Of a DNA stretch of 61,323 nucleotides, positions 59,324 through 61,323 are shown one piece after another (position 1 is the stretch's first letter; each line of letters starts with the position of its first letter). The notes below the pieces were generated by a model, which searched no databases, was not told the DNA's origin, and saw nothing but the letters and a program-made list of their open reading frames with translations. Position numbers and translations under genes: made by a program. Origin of the DNA: Theionarchaea archaeon (lineage in GTDB: Archaea; Methanobacteriota_B; Thermococci; Methanofastidiosales; SZ-28-30); the NCBI GenBank assembly GCA_018992685.1, contig JACVGT010000037.1, positions 1 to 61,323 of the forward strand, written 5' to 3'.

Positions 59324-59673
59324 AACTCTTTGTGGAAGCTCTCAAGGCAGGGGATACCCGGAAGGCAGGCGAGATTGTTGAGAAAATCAGTACAGAGGGT
59401 GAGTACCACAAGGGATACCGGAAAGCACTGGAAGGCATGGTGACCTCAGTGGAGAACAAGGAGGCAAATTCCCTGGCCACAAAGATGCTATCAGGATCGC
59501 TGACCAAGAAGAGAATGGATGAAGAGCGGAAGCTCTCGAAGAGAATTGCTCAGGAAACATTCAGGCCCGCCTTTGAGAGAGGATATGAAAAGGCATGGTA
59601 TGATATTCTATCTATCTTTCTGGGGAAGACAAAGGTTGGTCTGGAAGCTCACATAGAAAGCGAACTCTACTAA
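59305..59673 (+). CDS. Hypothetical helical protein
   Basis: Overlaps the FAU-1 end; internal repeat-like motifs YHKGYRKAL and FERGYEKAW. Confidence 0.75.
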   Translation: MDPIQLKLFVEALKAGDTRKAGEIVEKISTEGEYHKGYRKALEGMVTSVENKEANSLATKMLSGSLTKKRMDEERKLSKRIAQETFRPAFERGYEKAWYDILSIFLGKTKVGLEAHIESELY

Positions 59674-59819
59674 TTTTATTTCCTTTTCTTTAAATGATAC
59701 TTCCCCTTTTACTCTTTTTGGTGAAAATAATTCCTTCTCTCACCTGTTGACCCATGCTCATAGCAGAACAACCATAAGCTTTATATAGGTACGGTCTCAA
59801 TAGTAGCTTGGTGATGCTC

Positions 59820-60134
59820 ATGCTGGGACCCTTGGAGAGGGAGGTCCTATCTTGTATGAATGAGATCAAGAAAGGAACAGTCCGTGACGTGTACAAACAT
59901 ATGAAAAGAGAGAAAAACATTGCGTATACAACGGTGTCCACGACGTTAGAGCGACTCTATGAGAAGGACTTCCTCAATCGTGGTGAAGACACGGGTAGAG
60001 GAGGGACTCGCTACGTCTATTCCGTAAGAGACATCAAACCAAAGATTGCAAAGATGTTCGTTGATGAATTCATGTCTATGTTTGGAAAATCAGGAATGTC
60101 TGCCCTGCATGAAGAAATCAACAAGCACGAGTGA
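59820..60134 (+). CDS. BlaI/MecI/CopY family repressor
   Basis: LGPLEREVL, TVRDV, IAYTTVSTTLERLYEK, YVYS; SD GGTGA before ATG 59820. Confidence 0.92.
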   Translation: MLGPLEREVLSCMNEIKKGTVRDVYKHMKREKNIAYTTVSTTLERLYEKDFLNRGEDTGRGGTRYVYSVRDIKPKIAKMFVDEFMSMFGKSGMSALHEEINKHE

Positions 60135-61066
60135 TTTTTTTGTTTTTCCTCCCCCTTATTTTACTGTTTTCATTCACAGGATTGTCATTTCTCATGTATG
60201 CAGTCTACCGGAGTCATCCGGGAGATTCCAGAACTCGCAGTCTTGCTCTTTCTGTGATGGTCATGGTGATCCTAGGAGTCTATTCTGGGCTGGGGTGGGC
60301 CCTCACTGCAGGAGGAGGGGGTTGGAAGTACCCTGGGCTGGTACTCTTTGCCCTGGTCGCTCTCATTCTGGCCAAATCTCTCGTTGAATACATGTATACG
60401 GCGCCCCACTTGAGGACTATGCACGCTGTTCCCCTGCAGGATCCACAATTGGTGCGGTTGACCCAGGAAGTGGCCACTCGATTCAAGATTGCACCACCAG
60501 AAATCTATATCACTCACTACGAAGTGCCGAATGCGTTCACGCTGGGAAGGAAGTCACAGCCCAGGTTGATCATCACTGACGGGTTGCTGGATCTGACATA
60601 CGACGAAGTACGGGCCGTGTTTGCCCACGAACTGGCTCACATCAAATCCAATGATTCTCTCATCAAGACGGTGGCTTCAGTCATGCGGAGTATGCTTTTC
60701 TTTGATCCCATGATCAGGCATGTGTACTCCCGCATCTATGTCGAAAAGGAGTTTGTGGCAGACGAACGTTCGGCAAGAGTGACTGGGAAGCCACAGGATT
60801 TGGTGTCTGCCCTGAGAAAAATATACAAAGAGGTTCTGGAATTCGGAGAGGGACTGCCCTCTCAGTCTGTCCTTAACTACTCTCAGAAGATTTACAAGGC
60901 AGAATCAATACGATTGCAGCAGGGAATTCCTCCTGATCCCACACTAAAGAACAGGTTCATTGTGGAACGAAAGATGATGCCTGGTTCAGTGGTCATGGAA
61001 CGGGTGAAGAGACTCAACGAAATGGAAAAAGAGATGCGAAAAGTGAAGCGGACCAGACGGAAATGA
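60131..61066 (+). CDS. BlaR1-like/M48-M56 membrane zinc protease without a penicillin-binding domain
   Basis: 3 N-terminal TMs, PNAFTLG, AHELAHIK..D, FFDP, EFVAD; GTGA overlap with the BlaI-like gene. Confidence 0.85.
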   Translation: MIFLFFLPLILLFSFTGLSFLMYAVYRSHPGDSRTRSLALSVMVMVILGVYSGLGWALTAGGGGWKYPGLVLFALVALILAKSLVEYMYTAPHLRTMHAVPLQDPQLVRLTQEVATRFKIAPPEIYITHYEVPNAFTLGRKSQPRLIITDGLLDLTYDEVRAVFAHELAHIKSNDSLIKTVASVMRSMLFFDPMIRHVYSRIYVEKEFVADERSARVTGKPQDLVSALRKIYKEVLEFGEGLPSQSVLNYSQKIYKAESIRLQQGIPPDPTLKNRFIVERKMMPGSVVMERVKRLNEMEKEMRKVKRTRRK

Positions 61067-61125
61067 GCGTGTGCCAGTGACTGGTGGGCGTAACCTTTTT
61101 ATCTCTCGATATCCTTTGACCTGTA

Positions 61126-61227
61126 GGGCCTGTAGCCTAGTCAGGATAGGGCGCGAGGCTTCGGAAGTTCATATGCAGCACTGAAGACACCTCGCGGTCT
61201 GGGGTTCGAATCCCCACAGGCCCGCCA
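61126..61227 (+). tRNA. tRNA-Arg(TCG) with 24-nt intron (about 61165-61188), CCA encoded
   Basis: GGGCCTGTAGCCTAGTCAGGATAGGGCG-CGAGG-CTTCGG[intron]A-CCTCG...GGTTCGAATCC..CAGGCCC-GCCA. Confidence 0.93.
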
Positions 61228-61323
61228 CAATCTTCCTGTAGACCTGTTGGAATTGATATCGTCACGGAACGCTCACGGCTTCTTGAATCATTTCCACATA
61301 GAAACCAAATCAAATCGGACTAA

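Noticed and set aside
1-61323. CRISPR arrays, rRNA genes, IS transposases
   Set aside because: No regularly spaced repeats, rRNA-like sequence or transposase ORFs seen by eye.

Overview
Archaeal chromosomal DNA (archaeal histone, rpS8e, ftsZ-secE-spt5-L11-L1-L10-L12 cluster, EF-1beta, FAU-1, geranylgeranyl reductase, intron-containing tRNAs). The Thermococcales-like gene set in a protease-rich genome of roughly 45-50% GC (estimated by eye) suggests Theionarchaea or a relative; this is inference only. Most of the window is housekeeping or metabolic: two TldD/PmbA pairs, purB, a stand-alone 9-gene Mrp-type antiporter operon, transporters, peptidases and five tRNAs. Accessory features: (i) a tRNA-Ser integration hotspot where a ~55-bp att-like repeat brackets an AT-rich 1.9-kb cassette encoding a kinase/N-glycosidase-like fusion, next to a truncated tyrosine integrase; (ii) a Ku + ATP-dependent ligase NHEJ operon; (iii) a 1084-aa single-pass membrane TPR protein ending in two catalytically degenerate Nudix domains; (iv) HEPN-MNT and VapBC toxin-antitoxin pairs; (v) a large secreted Vps62-like/CARDB protein facing two tandem paralogous membrane genes with duplicated promoters; (vi) a BlaI/BlaR-like pair. 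All calls come from motif recognition by eye; no searches were run. Several starts were adjusted from the ORF track.
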